Below are positions 7,588-15,974 of a stretch of DNA of 24,000 bases, piece by piece. The stretch is from Synechococcus sp. MIT S1220 (GTDB lineage Bacteria; Cyanobacteriota; Cyanobacteriia; PCC-6307; Cyanobiaceae), in assembly GCF_047303025.1 (NCBI RefSeq), contig NZ_CP138939.1:1379518-1403517 (forward strand), given 5' to 3'. The translations under genes and the position numbers were made by a program. Within the stretch, counting starts at the first letter, position 1, and every line of letters starts with the position of its first letter. The notes under the pieces were generated by a model. That model worked only from the letters and a program-made list of their open reading frames with translations. It did not search any database and was not told the origin of the DNA.

Positions 7588-9078
7588 ATGTATTTGTCGC
7601 TCCTGCTTCTCATTCCCTTCCTCGGAGCTCTTGCTCTGATTATTTGGCCGGGCTCAGCCTCCAGCGCAAGGTTGCGTGAGCTGACCATCGTGTTGCTTGC
7701 CGTGCAATGCGTGGCCAGCTTTGCGCTGCTTTTGCCCTTTGATCCTGATCAGGCAGGGCTTCAGCTGGTGGAGCAAGCCCGCTGGGTCCATGTGATCGGC
7801 CTGGACTATGCCCTTGCGGTGGATGGTCTGTCCCTGCCCCTGGTGCTGATGAACGGGGTGCTCTGTTTGGTGGCGGCCGTTGCCTCCAGGGAAATCACGA
7901 ACAGACCCCGCATCTATTTCGCCTTGCTTTTGGTGATCAGCGGCGCTGTGAATGGAGCCTTTCTTGCCCAGAACCTCCTGCTCTTCTTCCTGTTCTACGA
8001 GCTGGAACTGATTCCTCTCTGGTTGCTCATCGCTGTCTGGGGAGGTGCGAATCGTGCCTATGCCGCCACCAAGTTCCTGATTGTGACGGCGGTGTCAGGG
8101 GTGTTGATCCTGTTGGCTTTTCTTGGGCTGGCCTTGGTGACCGGCACGATGGATTTCAGCCTGCGGCCGATCCTCTCCGGAGAGATGGGCATGACCAGTC
8201 AGTTGGTGTTGATGGGTGCTCTCCTGATCGGCTTCGGGATCAAAATTCCGCTGTTCCCCTTCCACACTTGGTTGCCTGATGCCCACACCGAAGCCTCAAC
8301 CCCTGTTTCGGTGTTGTTAGCTGGGGTCTTGCTCAAGCTTGGAACCTATGGCTTGCTGCGCTTCTGTCTTGGCTTGTTTCCAGAGGCCTGGCAGGTTGCA
8401 TCCCCATGGCTGGCTGGTTGGGCGGCGATTTCAGTGCTGTATGGATCTCTTGCTGCTATCGCTCAAACCGACATGAAGCGGATGGTGGCCTACAGCTCTG
8501 TGGGCCACATGGGTTATGTGCTCCTGGCTGCGGCCGCGGCCACTCCGCTCGGCTTGATGGGTGCCCTCTTTCAGATGGTCAGTCATGGCTTGATCTCAGG
8601 TGTTCTCTTCCTGGCGGTGGGCGTTGTCTACGCGCGCACCGGAACCCGTGATCTCAATGTGCTGCGTGGGCTGCTGAATCCCGAACGGGGTTTGCCACTG
8701 ACGGGGTCGTTGATGATCATCGGCGTTATGGCCAGTGCAGGTATTCCTGGTATGGCTGGATTCATTTCGGAATTTCTGATCTTTCGTGGCAGTCTCCAAC
8801 CGTTCCCACTGGCCACACTGCTCTCGATGGTTGGCTCTGGGTTGACGGCGGTTTATTTCCTGCTGCTCGTAAATCGTGCTTTCTTCGGGCGTCTGGCCAT
8901 TGCTGCCGGTGCTGTTGTCAATCCCCGTATCCTCCAGAGCGTCCCGTTGCGTGAACAGGTGCCAGCCATCGCACTCACCCTTGGCGTTCTTGTTCTCGGC
9001 CTGGCACCTGAACTGCTCTCTGGCCTCAGTGAAGCGGCCACCACAAGCCTCAGTCAGCTCAGCGGAGGGCTCTCATGA
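7588..9078 (+). CDS. ndhD4: NDH-1 subunit D, CO2-uptake type (NdhD4)
   Basis: 496-aa membrane protein with NuoM/NdhD motifs (KIPLFPFHTWLPDAHTEASTPVSVLLAGVLLKLGTYG, MKRMVAYSSVGHMGYV). Starts 9 nt after ndhF4. Its stop overlaps the chpX start (ATGA at 9075-9078). Confidence 0.85.
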   Translation: MYLSLLLLIPFLGALALIIWPGSASSARLRELTIVLLAVQCVASFALLLPFDPDQAGLQLVEQARWVHVIGLDYALAVDGLSLPLVLMNGVLCLVAAVASREITNRPRIYFALLLVISGAVNGAFLAQNLLLFFLFYELELIPLWLLIAVWGGANRAYAATKFLIVTAVSGVLILLAFLGLALVTGTMDFSLRPILSGEMGMTSQLVLMGALLIGFGIKIPLFPFHTWLPDAHTEASTPVSVLLAGVLLKLGTYGLLRFCLGLFPEAWQVASPWLAGWAAISVLYGSLAAIAQTDMKRMVAYSSVGHMGYVLLAAAAATPLGLMGALFQMVSHGLISGVLFLAVGVVYARTGTRDLNVLRGLLNPERGLPLTGSLMIIGVMASAGIPGMAGFISEFLIFRGSLQPFPLATLLSMVGSGLTAVYFLLLVNRAFFGRLAIAAGAVVNPRILQSVPLREQVPAIALTLGVLVLGLAPELLSGLSEAATTSLSQLSGGLS

Positions 9079-10220
9079 CCACCACAACCACCCGACCCCT
9101 CCAGGTGGAAGCTCCAACTCTTCCCGATCAGGAAGAGCTGATCCGGCGTCTGCTCAGTGACACGCCGCTCTTGAAAGACACATCAGATCACCTTCTCCAG
9201 GTGGTCAATGTGCTTGAGAGTTATGGGCTTGTTTTGGATGCGTACAGCCGAAACCTTGTGGATCAAGGTGAGAAGCAACTTCTCAACCCTTTCCCGGTGA
9301 TGCGCTTCTTCCATGAGGGCATCACGGTCCAGAGAATCTGGGACCATCTCCTCGGTGACCGCATCAATTTCGAATACGCCGAGTACTGCCAGAAGGCGAT
9401 GTTCTGGCATGGCACTGGTGGCCTGGATGCCTATCTGGACAGCGAGGCATTTCAGCAGGCCTGCCGAACGATCATCCAACGCAAATCCCGGCATGATCCT
9501 TTGCTGGCGATGACCAATCGCCTCTATCCAGGTTTCGCACCGGAGTCGATACGTTCCCTCACCACGATTTATTGCCTGGGGCTGTTCTGGCGGGTGATGA
9601 GCGATCTGTTCATCGACTTGGCCCGCCGTTACAGAATCAAGGAAGTGGTCAGTGTGAAAGATGTGGTGCATCACATCCGAGACGGCCTGGTGGCGGCAGC
9701 CGCTCATCCGATCACTTACAAAGTGTCGATCGCCGGAGAGGAGATCTGGGTGTTGCCACCGGAGGCAGGACTCACCTTCTTGGTGGATGTGGCCGTGCCG
9801 TATGTGGAAGCGGTCTTTTTCAGAGGAATGCCGTTTCTTGGCACGGTGTCGTACAACGCACAGGCACGTCAGATTTCACCGGACATCAGCGATTTCAAGT
9901 ACGGCGCGCTCTATGCCGATCCGATCCCCAGCATGGGTGCTGGTATCCCTCCAAGTTTGTGCATGAAAGATATGTACAGAAATCTGCCGGCGGAGTTGAA
10001 TCGTTGGTACGACGATCATGAGCGCGGTCAGGTTGATGTTCACGTGCAGATCTGCGTGAGTTTTCAGAAGTCGATGTTTTGTGTCACCAATGGTGCGATC
10101 GCTGGCACTATGCCCCATGTGCTGGATACGACGGATCCGGAGGAGCAACAGGCGAATCGTGCCTATGCCGAACATTGGACGAGTCGATTGATGGGTTGCA
10201 GAAGGGAAGCGTTGTTATAA
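9075..10220 (+). CDS. chpX: CO2 hydration protein ChpX/CupB (381 aa)
   Basis: A soluble protein following ndhF4-ndhD4, of ChpX-like length (ChpY is longer). The segments LNPFPVMRFFHEG..., YAEYCQKAMFWHGTGGLDAYLDSEAF and PPSLCMKDMYRNLP look ChpX/ChpY-like to me, from memory (no search run). The last ~9 codons (MGCRREALL) lie in the island junction and may not be ancestral. Confidence 0.85.
   Translation: MTTTTTRPLQVEAPTLPDQEELIRRLLSDTPLLKDTSDHLLQVVNVLESYGLVLDAYSRNLVDQGEKQLLNPFPVMRFFHEGITVQRIWDHLLGDRINFEYAEYCQKAMFWHGTGGLDAYLDSEAFQQACRTIIQRKSRHDPLLAMTNRLYPGFAPESIRSLTTIYCLGLFWRVMSDLFIDLARRYRIKEVVSVKDVVHHIRDGLVAAAAHPITYKVSIAGEEIWVLPPEAGLTFLVDVAVPYVEAVFFRGMPFLGTVSYNAQARQISPDISDFKYGALYADPIPSMGAGIPPSLCMKDMYRNLPAELNRWYDDHERGQVDVHVQICVSFQKSMFCVTNGAIAGTMPHVLDTTDPEEQQANRAYAEHWTSRLMGCRREALL
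10191..10211 (+). repeat. Left copy of the imperfect direct repeat flanking the low-GC island
   Basis: ATGGGTTGcaGAAGGgaAGCG at 10191-10211 versus ATGGGTTGGAAGGAGCG at 21496-21512. There are 17 matching nt, including an exact 8-mer, and two 2-nt indels. The left copy lies exactly where GC content drops. Confidence 0.45.
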
Positions 10221-10352
10221 AAGCCTTGATTATGTCGGCAACGATTATTGAGGTAAGAAGAAACGAATCCAATTTTCTACAATATCTACCAATAACTTCT
10301 CTATCTGAATGAACCCTGGATCAAAATTTCAAATTAATTTCACTTAAAATAG

Positions 10353-12314
10353 TTAAGCGTCGATAACCTTGATTTGGTCAGGCGCTGAGAAGATATTGCT
10401 GTCAAGCTGGAGCAATTCCTGCGTATTTGCTGTGAAGTTTCCAGCCGGAGCATACACCAACTTACTGGTATCTGTTGCAAAGGCCAACAGCCCTTGATTA
10501 CCAGTCGGGAAGACTTGGCTTTTGATCTCAGCATCAAGACCTACGATCAAAATGTTGGCCATTGAAGGTGAAGCCCCTGCCTCAATGATAGTTTTTTGCT
10601 GAACAGTCGCACCTGCGGTGTAATTTGGGAATGCCCCATCGTTGATCTGAATCAGGTCAAAGGAGCCAGCCTGTTTTGTGGCTGCATTTGCGCCCACATA
10701 CCCAGTAATCGTATCCCTGCTAGTCGTCGTTGTTTGACCCGTTAAATCAATCGTGTTTTGCACATTCTGATTGGGAGAAGTGATGATGTCCTGGCCAGTT
10801 CCTCCTGCAATCGTGGATTGTCCAGCGGTGGAACCCCTGAGATTGTCAATGCCAGGGCCACCGAGGAGATGGGAATCACCAGACAATCCTTCCACGGTGT
10901 CAGGGCCAAGAGTGCCCTCAATTTTTATACGGTCTCGATTTGTTGGCAGGCCTGAGTCAGCATTGTTTAAATTGACGCCGTGTTGAGATCTAATTTCGGA
11001 AAAATCATAATTTGCGATCCCAGGTGTACCCCAATTCTGATACGTTGTTGCGGCAGTGAAAGTGCTTGGTGAAAAAGTGAATGATTTTCCATTTGCGATT
11101 CCACTCAGATCCAACTCAGTGCTTCCATCATTTGATGCCTCAATTTTAAAATCTTCAATATTGATAAACTTGGCGCCAAAAGCGGTAAATATGCTATCCA
11201 GCTTGTTGAACTGGTTGCTTTTGATCACGATGGTGTCTTTGTCTGAGGGAGAAGGATCTTGAATGGTGTCATCGTTAATCGTTCCAATCTCACATGTAAT
11301 CGAATCGCTAAAGGTTGTGGTTTCGGGGGGGAGAATGTCTTTTCTGACAATTTTTGTAAGGGTGGCTCCTGCTTTCGTGATACTCAGGGTTAATGGAAGT
11401 GATGTTTGTTGTTTTTTATCCCCACTTTCAGTAGCAACAACGGTGAAACTATAGCTATCTTTGCTAGCGATGTTGAAATCATCCTGGGTGCTCACAGCGC
11501 CAGATGTGGCATCAATCTTGAATGAAGCTGCATCTGTTCCACTTAGTGAGAAGGTGACTTCCCCACTGTTATCTGTTGCAGATGCGTTATAAATTATGGA
11601 TCCTATGGGACTATCCTCTTTAATAGGGGTCACCGTTATTGGTGAAGTGAAGCTAGGAGGCAGGTCTTTATTGATTGAAAGAGTTAGCGGACTGCTTGTT
11701 GTTGAATGTCCTTCGCTGTCTGTGGCGATAACATTAAAGAGATAACTTGATTTTGCGTCATGATCAGTATTCTCCATAATCGCCACCTCACCATTATTGG
11801 GATTGATGGCTAAAAAATTGGCATCTTGTCCAGTTAATGAATAGATAAGGGGAGTATTGTTACCTGTGGCAGCGGCCAGATAGATGGCTGTGCCAGAGGT
11901 TGAGCCTTCAGTGATGGAATCAACTGATGTTGGCGAAGTAAAAACAGGACTAGTAGTCTCCTGGGTAATCAGAGTTCCTTGGGTAAAGAAAGAACGGGAG
12001 GAATTCTTCTTTTTTTTGGCAAGTCGAAATCTCTTAAATTGTTTGAGAGGAGAAAATGTAAATTCTTCTCCGCCTGTGAACAAATTAGCCTCATTGTTAT
12101 CGTTGAGACTTTCAAGGGTGATTTTCAGGCTAGCTTTTTTCCTCTTTCTCTTGCCTGGTAGCTCACCTTTCTCAAATCTAAAAACAAATCTCCCGTTGAA
12201 ATCACCAGTATGTGTAATTGTATCTAATATTTGATTTCCTTTTTTGTTGGAAAGCGTTGCTTTAAGGTCCGAATAATCTTTAAAGCCTTTCAGTTTTGCG
12301 ACAAGTTTCATCAT
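10353..12314 (-). CDS. Large secreted-type protein: Lys-rich N-terminal domain, two tandem cadherin-like domains, RTX-type Ca-binding repeats, C-terminal tail
   Basis: 653 aa. Two ~95-aa repeats are roughly one-third identical by eye: aa 123-216 (nt 11667-11948) and aa 219-314 (nt 11373-11660). They share the pattern FTSP..V..I.E.S..G..IY.A.AT....YSL.G.DA..F.I....G.V...Y.F.V.AT...L.L.I.K. GGxGxDxU nonapeptides LLGGPGIDNL and IAGGTGQDII lie at aa 476-512 (nt 10779-10889). The N-terminus (MMKLVAKLKGFKDYSD) has no hydrophobic signal peptide, which fits a C-terminally signalled type I secretion substrate. Confidence 0.6.
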   Translation of the reverse strand: MMKLVAKLKGFKDYSDLKATLSNKKGNQILDTITHTGDFNGRFVFRFEKGELPGKRKRKKASLKITLESLNDNNEANLFTGGEEFTFSPLKQFKRFRLAKKKKNSSRSFFTQGTLITQETTSPVFTSPTSVDSITEGSTSGTAIYLAAATGNNTPLIYSLTGQDANFLAINPNNGEVAIMENTDHDAKSSYLFNVIATDSEGHSTTSSPLTLSINKDLPPSFTSPITVTPIKEDSPIGSIIYNASATDNSGEVTFSLSGTDAASFKIDATSGAVSTQDDFNIASKDSYSFTVVATESGDKKQQTSLPLTLSITKAGATLTKIVRKDILPPETTTFSDSITCEIGTINDDTIQDPSPSDKDTIVIKSNQFNKLDSIFTAFGAKFINIEDFKIEASNDGSTELDLSGIANGKSFTFSPSTFTAATTYQNWGTPGIANYDFSEIRSQHGVNLNNADSGLPTNRDRIKIEGTLGPDTVEGLSGDSHLLGGPGIDNLRGSTAGQSTIAGGTGQDIITSPNQNVQNTIDLTGQTTTTSRDTITGYVGANAATKQAGSFDLIQINDGAFPNYTAGATVQQKTIIEAGASPSMANILIVGLDAEIKSQVFPTGNQGLLAFATDTSKLVYAPAGNFTANTQELLQLDSNIFSAPDQIKVIDA

Positions 12315-12504
12315 TTTTCAAGTTTCTAGAACCTTGCTCCTTTTTAGCTGTGAAACGAGCTTGTGTCCTCTGCGCTTAAGAATCAATAGCGATCAATTCT
12401 GAACTTGTTCCACTCGTTACAGAGTAGTCGTTCCTTCAGGGGTGGAGAGTGACCACAAAGGATCAAATCAGCGACTTGTTCGCCAGCCAGGAGGTATGAG
12501 GGGT

Positions 12505-12666
12505 ATGGACGAAATCTCAGGACGCGGACTCGGATTGTTTCAAGGGGTCGGATCTCTGTTGAAAGTCACGTTCCACGGCAGATTTGAGAAGCTTCTTTGC
12601 ACTTTTCTATCTGAAGCGATGGCTCTGCTGCGTTACGCCATCGTTATGAGCATCCGGCTGAACTGA
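12505..12666 (+). CDS. Candidate small ORF (53 aa), hypothetical; may instead be non-coding
   Basis: AGGAGG at 12489-12494 lies 10 nt upstream of the ATG at 12505. Translation: MDEISGRGLGLFQGVGSLLKVTFHGRFEKLLCTFLSEAMALLRYAIVMSIRLN. The frame is open from a GTG at 12442 (74 codons). No family recognised. It lies in a ~52% GC patch of an otherwise AT-rich intergenic region. Confidence 0.2.
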   Translation: MDEISGRGLGLFQGVGSLLKVTFHGRFEKLLCTFLSEAMALLRYAIVMSIRLN

Positions 12667-12780
12667 TCACTCCCAGTTGATTTTGGTAGCAAATTTCGAA
12701 TCAACCTTCGACGCAAATATGATGAATAAAATAAGAAGCCAACGAGGTTGCACGAGTTTGTATCATATGACGAAGGCAGC

Positions 12781-12807
12781 GATTATTTTTTTGTCAAAAT
12801 AATAATC
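12781..12807. promoter_or_regulatory. AT-rich inverted repeat / Fur-box-like operator candidate upstream of the TonB-dependent receptor
   Basis: GATTATT (12781-12787) and AATAATC (12801-12807) are exact inverted repeats with a 13-nt spacer. AATAATAATC (12798-12807) matches 9 of 10 positions of the AATGATAATC core of the Fur consensus GATAATGATAATCATTATC. The best 19-mer alignment is only 11/19. It ends 16 nt before the receptor start. Confidence 0.25.
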
Positions 12808-12822
12808 TATTGAAATGAGGCC

Positions 12823-15039
12823 TTGGGTAATAATTTACTTCGCTTGATTTTAGCTTTTTTTCAGTCCTCTTCTTCGTTGCCGATTGCCTTTGCCTATCTC
12901 TGTATTGTTTTTACTCCAATCCCTTCATTCGCAGAAGAAGAATTGAGAATTATCACCGTTGGCGAACAGCTTGATGACCCTAGTTACGAGCAACCTGCCA
13001 GTTTTACGGTGATTGATCGTGAAGAAATGGACCGGCGAGGGGTGATTAATTTTAAGGATTTGTTTCGCTACCAACCTGGGATTGAGGTGCGCCGAAGTAG
13101 GCGGTATGGAATCGAAGATATCAATATTCGCGGTTTGGATGGCAATCGCATTCTGTATGAGCTGAATGGTGTTCGCTTGCCGGAACGGTTTGAGTTTGGC
13201 CCTTTCCGTCAGACGCGAGGCCAGTGGATTGACTTATTGAATATTGGTGACGTTGATATTATCCAAGGCCCTGCATCAGTCCTGTATGGAGATGGGGCCC
13301 TTGGAGGTGTTGTCTCTTTTTCATCCCTTCATCCAGAAGTATTTTTAGGAGAGGATGATCGTGCTGCTCAAGCGGTTGTCATGCTCAGCTCAGAGAACAA
13401 CAGCGTGTCTGAACTTGTTCGATTTGCAGCTGAGGATTCAAACGGAATTATGGGTTTGTTGAGTGTCAGTCGTTCTGACTCAGAAGAGCCCCATCCGATC
13501 GCTGATTCTGATTTGGTTAATCGCCAAAACAATGACGGTACTGGTTTTAATGCACAAATCATGATTCCATTTTCCGAAGATTTGAAATTTCGATTAAATA
13601 CAGTTGGTTCCAGGCAAATTACAAGAACAACAATTGGCCAAGGTAATTTGCCATCAGGAGAATGGGGCTACGTCGTGAATCAAGATAAGGAAACAATCAC
13701 AAATCAACTTTGGCAACTCGTCGCTGCGTTGGAATTTGATTCCTTGATGGAGAATCCACTTTTTTCAGGGATGAAGTTTAATATCTATTTTCAAGATGCC
13801 TCTCAAGTGGATCAGAGGTTTGAGCATCGCACGACCACGTCTGCAGAGTTGGAGCGGAATGCAAAGACCACGGCAGTGAGTCAAGTTTCTGGTTTTAATC
13901 TTTCACGGAAACAGGAAGTGTTATTTGGCGACCTGATTCACGAGCTAAATTATGGAGTTGATTATTCAAGAACCTTCAATTCGCGCCGCAGAGATCGCAT
14001 TCAGACAAATGTAGAAGATGGTTCGAAGACCAGAGAGTTGCCGCTTGGCAACTTTCCGGTCAAAGATTATCCTGACTCACTGACGAATCGTCTTGGAGCA
14101 TTTTTACAAGACACGTTGATAATTGATTCCCTAAAATTGATTGCAGGGCTCCGTTATGAATCATATTTGATGAATCCACTGTCAGATTCAACTTTTGAAA
14201 AAAATGGAGCATTGGCTGGTAGCTCCGATGCAATCACTCCAACTTGGCGCTTGGCTGCACTATGGAGTTTGGATGAATCACATGTTATTTGGATGAATTA
14301 TAATCGATCATTCAGAATGCCTCTTTATAGTGAAATTAACAGTGGATTTACGAATTTGAATTCAGGGTATCAGACAATCAGTAATCCAGATCTTAAATCT
14401 GAAACTGGCGATGGACTTGAATTAGGTTTGAGAGCGCATTATGAGCATTTTAAATATAGTTTTACTGGGTATTACAACAGATACAGTAATTTCATCGAAG
14501 CAGGGCGATTTGTTGGCACGAATTGTGAATTTGAGCAAGGCCGATGTGTTGCACAATATCAAACTGTCAACGCAGAGCAAGCTGTCACCTATGGTGTTGA
14601 GGGTAGTGCTGAGTACTCAACTGTTCCGGATGGCTATGGCTTGAAGATTCGATCAGGGTTCAATTATACGGTTGGCAATGATCTGGAGATCAACCAGCCA
14701 CTTACAAGCATTGATCCTCCCAAGGCAATCGTTGCTGTTGGATATCATGAGCCTGATGATGGCTGGTCGGCTGAGTTGATTGGCACAGCATTCGCACGTG
14801 CCCGGGTTCCAGCTGATAGTGAACTTTTCATCCCTTCTTCTTATATTCGCTGGGATTTACTGGTTTCCTGCGCCGTTGGCGCAAACTTTAAAATAAACTT
14901 TGGAGTTCTCAATCTATTTGATCACAGGCAGTATTCATATGCTGATACAAAGTATATCTTAGATACTGGATATCGAGATATGAGCGGGTTTTCATTACCA
15001 GGTCGTGCCTATCAAGTTGGTTTCACTCTGCGCTTGTAG
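12823..15039 (+). CDS. TonB-dependent outer-membrane receptor (738 aa)
   Basis: TTG start. Signal-peptide-like N-terminus ending in PSFA/EEE. TonB-box-like LRIITVG. Plug-domain motifs (FKDLFRYQPGIEV, INIRGLDGNRILYELNGVRL, IDIIQGPASVLYGDGALGGVVSF). Barrel motifs (FRMPLYSEIN, ISNPDLKSETGDGLELG) and a terminal GRAYQVGFTLRL. The last residue is Leu rather than the usual aromatic. Confidence 0.85.
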   Translation: MGNNLLRLILAFFQSSSSLPIAFAYLCIVFTPIPSFAEEELRIITVGEQLDDPSYEQPASFTVIDREEMDRRGVINFKDLFRYQPGIEVRRSRRYGIEDINIRGLDGNRILYELNGVRLPERFEFGPFRQTRGQWIDLLNIGDVDIIQGPASVLYGDGALGGVVSFSSLHPEVFLGEDDRAAQAVVMLSSENNSVSELVRFAAEDSNGIMGLLSVSRSDSEEPHPIADSDLVNRQNNDGTGFNAQIMIPFSEDLKFRLNTVGSRQITRTTIGQGNLPSGEWGYVVNQDKETITNQLWQLVAALEFDSLMENPLFSGMKFNIYFQDASQVDQRFEHRTTTSAELERNAKTTAVSQVSGFNLSRKQEVLFGDLIHELNYGVDYSRTFNSRRRDRIQTNVEDGSKTRELPLGNFPVKDYPDSLTNRLGAFLQDTLIIDSLKLIAGLRYESYLMNPLSDSTFEKNGALAGSSDAITPTWRLAALWSLDESHVIWMNYNRSFRMPLYSEINSGFTNLNSGYQTISNPDLKSETGDGLELGLRAHYEHFKYSFTGYYNRYSNFIEAGRFVGTNCEFEQGRCVAQYQTVNAEQAVTYGVEGSAEYSTVPDGYGLKIRSGFNYTVGNDLEINQPLTSIDPPKAIVAVGYHEPDDGWSAELIGTAFARARVPADSELFIPSSYIRWDLLVSCAVGANFKINFGVLNLFDHRQYSYADTKYILDTGYRDMSGFSLPGRAYQVGFTLRL

Positions 15040-15964
15040 TTGTTGGCTGTTTCTGCGCGCCTGTCTGAGCCGGCAAGGTGTAACGCTGCTTTTCTTGTTT
15101 CTCAATTGCTTTTTGGTGCTTGTCACTCCCTTTGATCACGATGCTGTAACTGACTGGTACCCGCGCACCACCGTCGATGGCTTTGAATCGTGATCGACGT
15201 CCAGCATCCAACGCTGCATTGTCGATTTCAGGATTACCGCTCGATCGTTCCAGTTGTACGTTTTGCACCCGTCCATTGCTGTTGATTGTGATCAGAACTC
15301 TGGGTTCTCCTTCAATGCCTCGTCGCAGTGCACGTTTGGGGTATCGAGGTTTTGGGCAAGACAGACATTCCACAACGCGGCGAGGTTTGACCTTGCTTGT
15401 TTCCCCCACCTGGATTGACGACGTCTGCGGCGAGTGTTGCTGTCCAGTGGTCATCCCCTGCTTGACATTGTTGGATTGTTCTTGATCCTGTTTCCTCTTA
15501 GAGCTGGATGGCTTCTCACGAGTCGACGCGATGGCCGACGATGGTTGTTCCTGCAGTGGTTTGGTATCTGAACCATGGCGCTTGCTGGAATGTTTGGGCG
15601 ACTGTCTCAGGATTGGAGCTGGGGTCCGGCTAAGTTGCGGGGCTGCAGTGGACGTGGGCGCAGGAGTTGGTTGTTCAGCGTTGGGTGGTTGTATCCGATC
15701 AGATAACGCAACAGCCTTTTGTTGGATCGGTTCGTCTTGCTCATTCTCTTGCCGATTGGCTTGCTCGGTGATGGCCTGATCTTCTGGTCGTTGTTTCGCT
15801 TCCTTCGTACTCGGTAAAGCAGCCAACTCAATGATCACGACGTTGGATTGGTTTTTCGGGAGTAAGGCATACTCTCTTTTTTCTCTGATCAAGAAGAGCA
15901 GAAGCGCATGAATGGAAATTGAAATGATTAAATAAAAGATTACATTGGATTTTAAATGTTTCAT
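15023..15964 (-). CDS. tonB: TonB energy transducer
   Basis: N-terminal membrane anchor (VIFYLIISISIHALLLFLI), a long Pro/Gln/Ser/Lys-rich spacer, and a C-terminal TonB_C-type domain (PRYPKRALRRGIEGEPRVLITINSNGRVQNVQLERSSGNPEIDNAALDAGRRSRF). Last gene of the exbB-exbD-tonB string. Its 3' end overlaps the receptor 3' end by 17 bp, convergently. Confidence 0.8.
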   Translation of the reverse strand: MKHLKSNVIFYLIISISIHALLLFLIREKREYALLPKNQSNVVIIELAALPSTKEAKQRPEDQAITEQANRQENEQDEPIQQKAVALSDRIQPPNAEQPTPAPTSTAAPQLSRTPAPILRQSPKHSSKRHGSDTKPLQEQPSSAIASTREKPSSSKRKQDQEQSNNVKQGMTTGQQHSPQTSSIQVGETSKVKPRRVVECLSCPKPRYPKRALRRGIEGEPRVLITINSNGRVQNVQLERSSGNPEIDNAALDAGRRSRFKAIDGGARVPVSYSIVIKGSDKHQKAIEKQEKQRYTLPAQTGAQKQPTTTSAE

Positions 15965-15974
15965 TATTTGGCGG

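Noticed and set aside
12420-12560. Possible cobalamin riboswitch upstream of the TonB-dependent receptor (AGCCAGGAGGTATGAGG compared with the B12 box).
   Set aside because: It matches only about 11 of 16 B12-box positions. I could not find the upstream GGGAA/GGTG..AA..CC core elements. It should still be tested with Infernal, but it is not supported by eye.
12695-12702. TTCGAATC, resembling a tRNA T-loop, considered as a tRNA-fragment attachment site.
   Set aside because: The flanking bases (CAAAT / CAACC) cannot form a T-stem, and no acceptor-stem or CCA context is present.
12719-12805. 28-codon ORF (MMNKIRSQRGCTSLYHMTKAAIIFLSK) just upstream of the receptor, considered as a leader peptide.
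   Set aside because: Short, no ribosome-binding site, no recognisable pattern, and easily produced by chance in AT-rich DNA.
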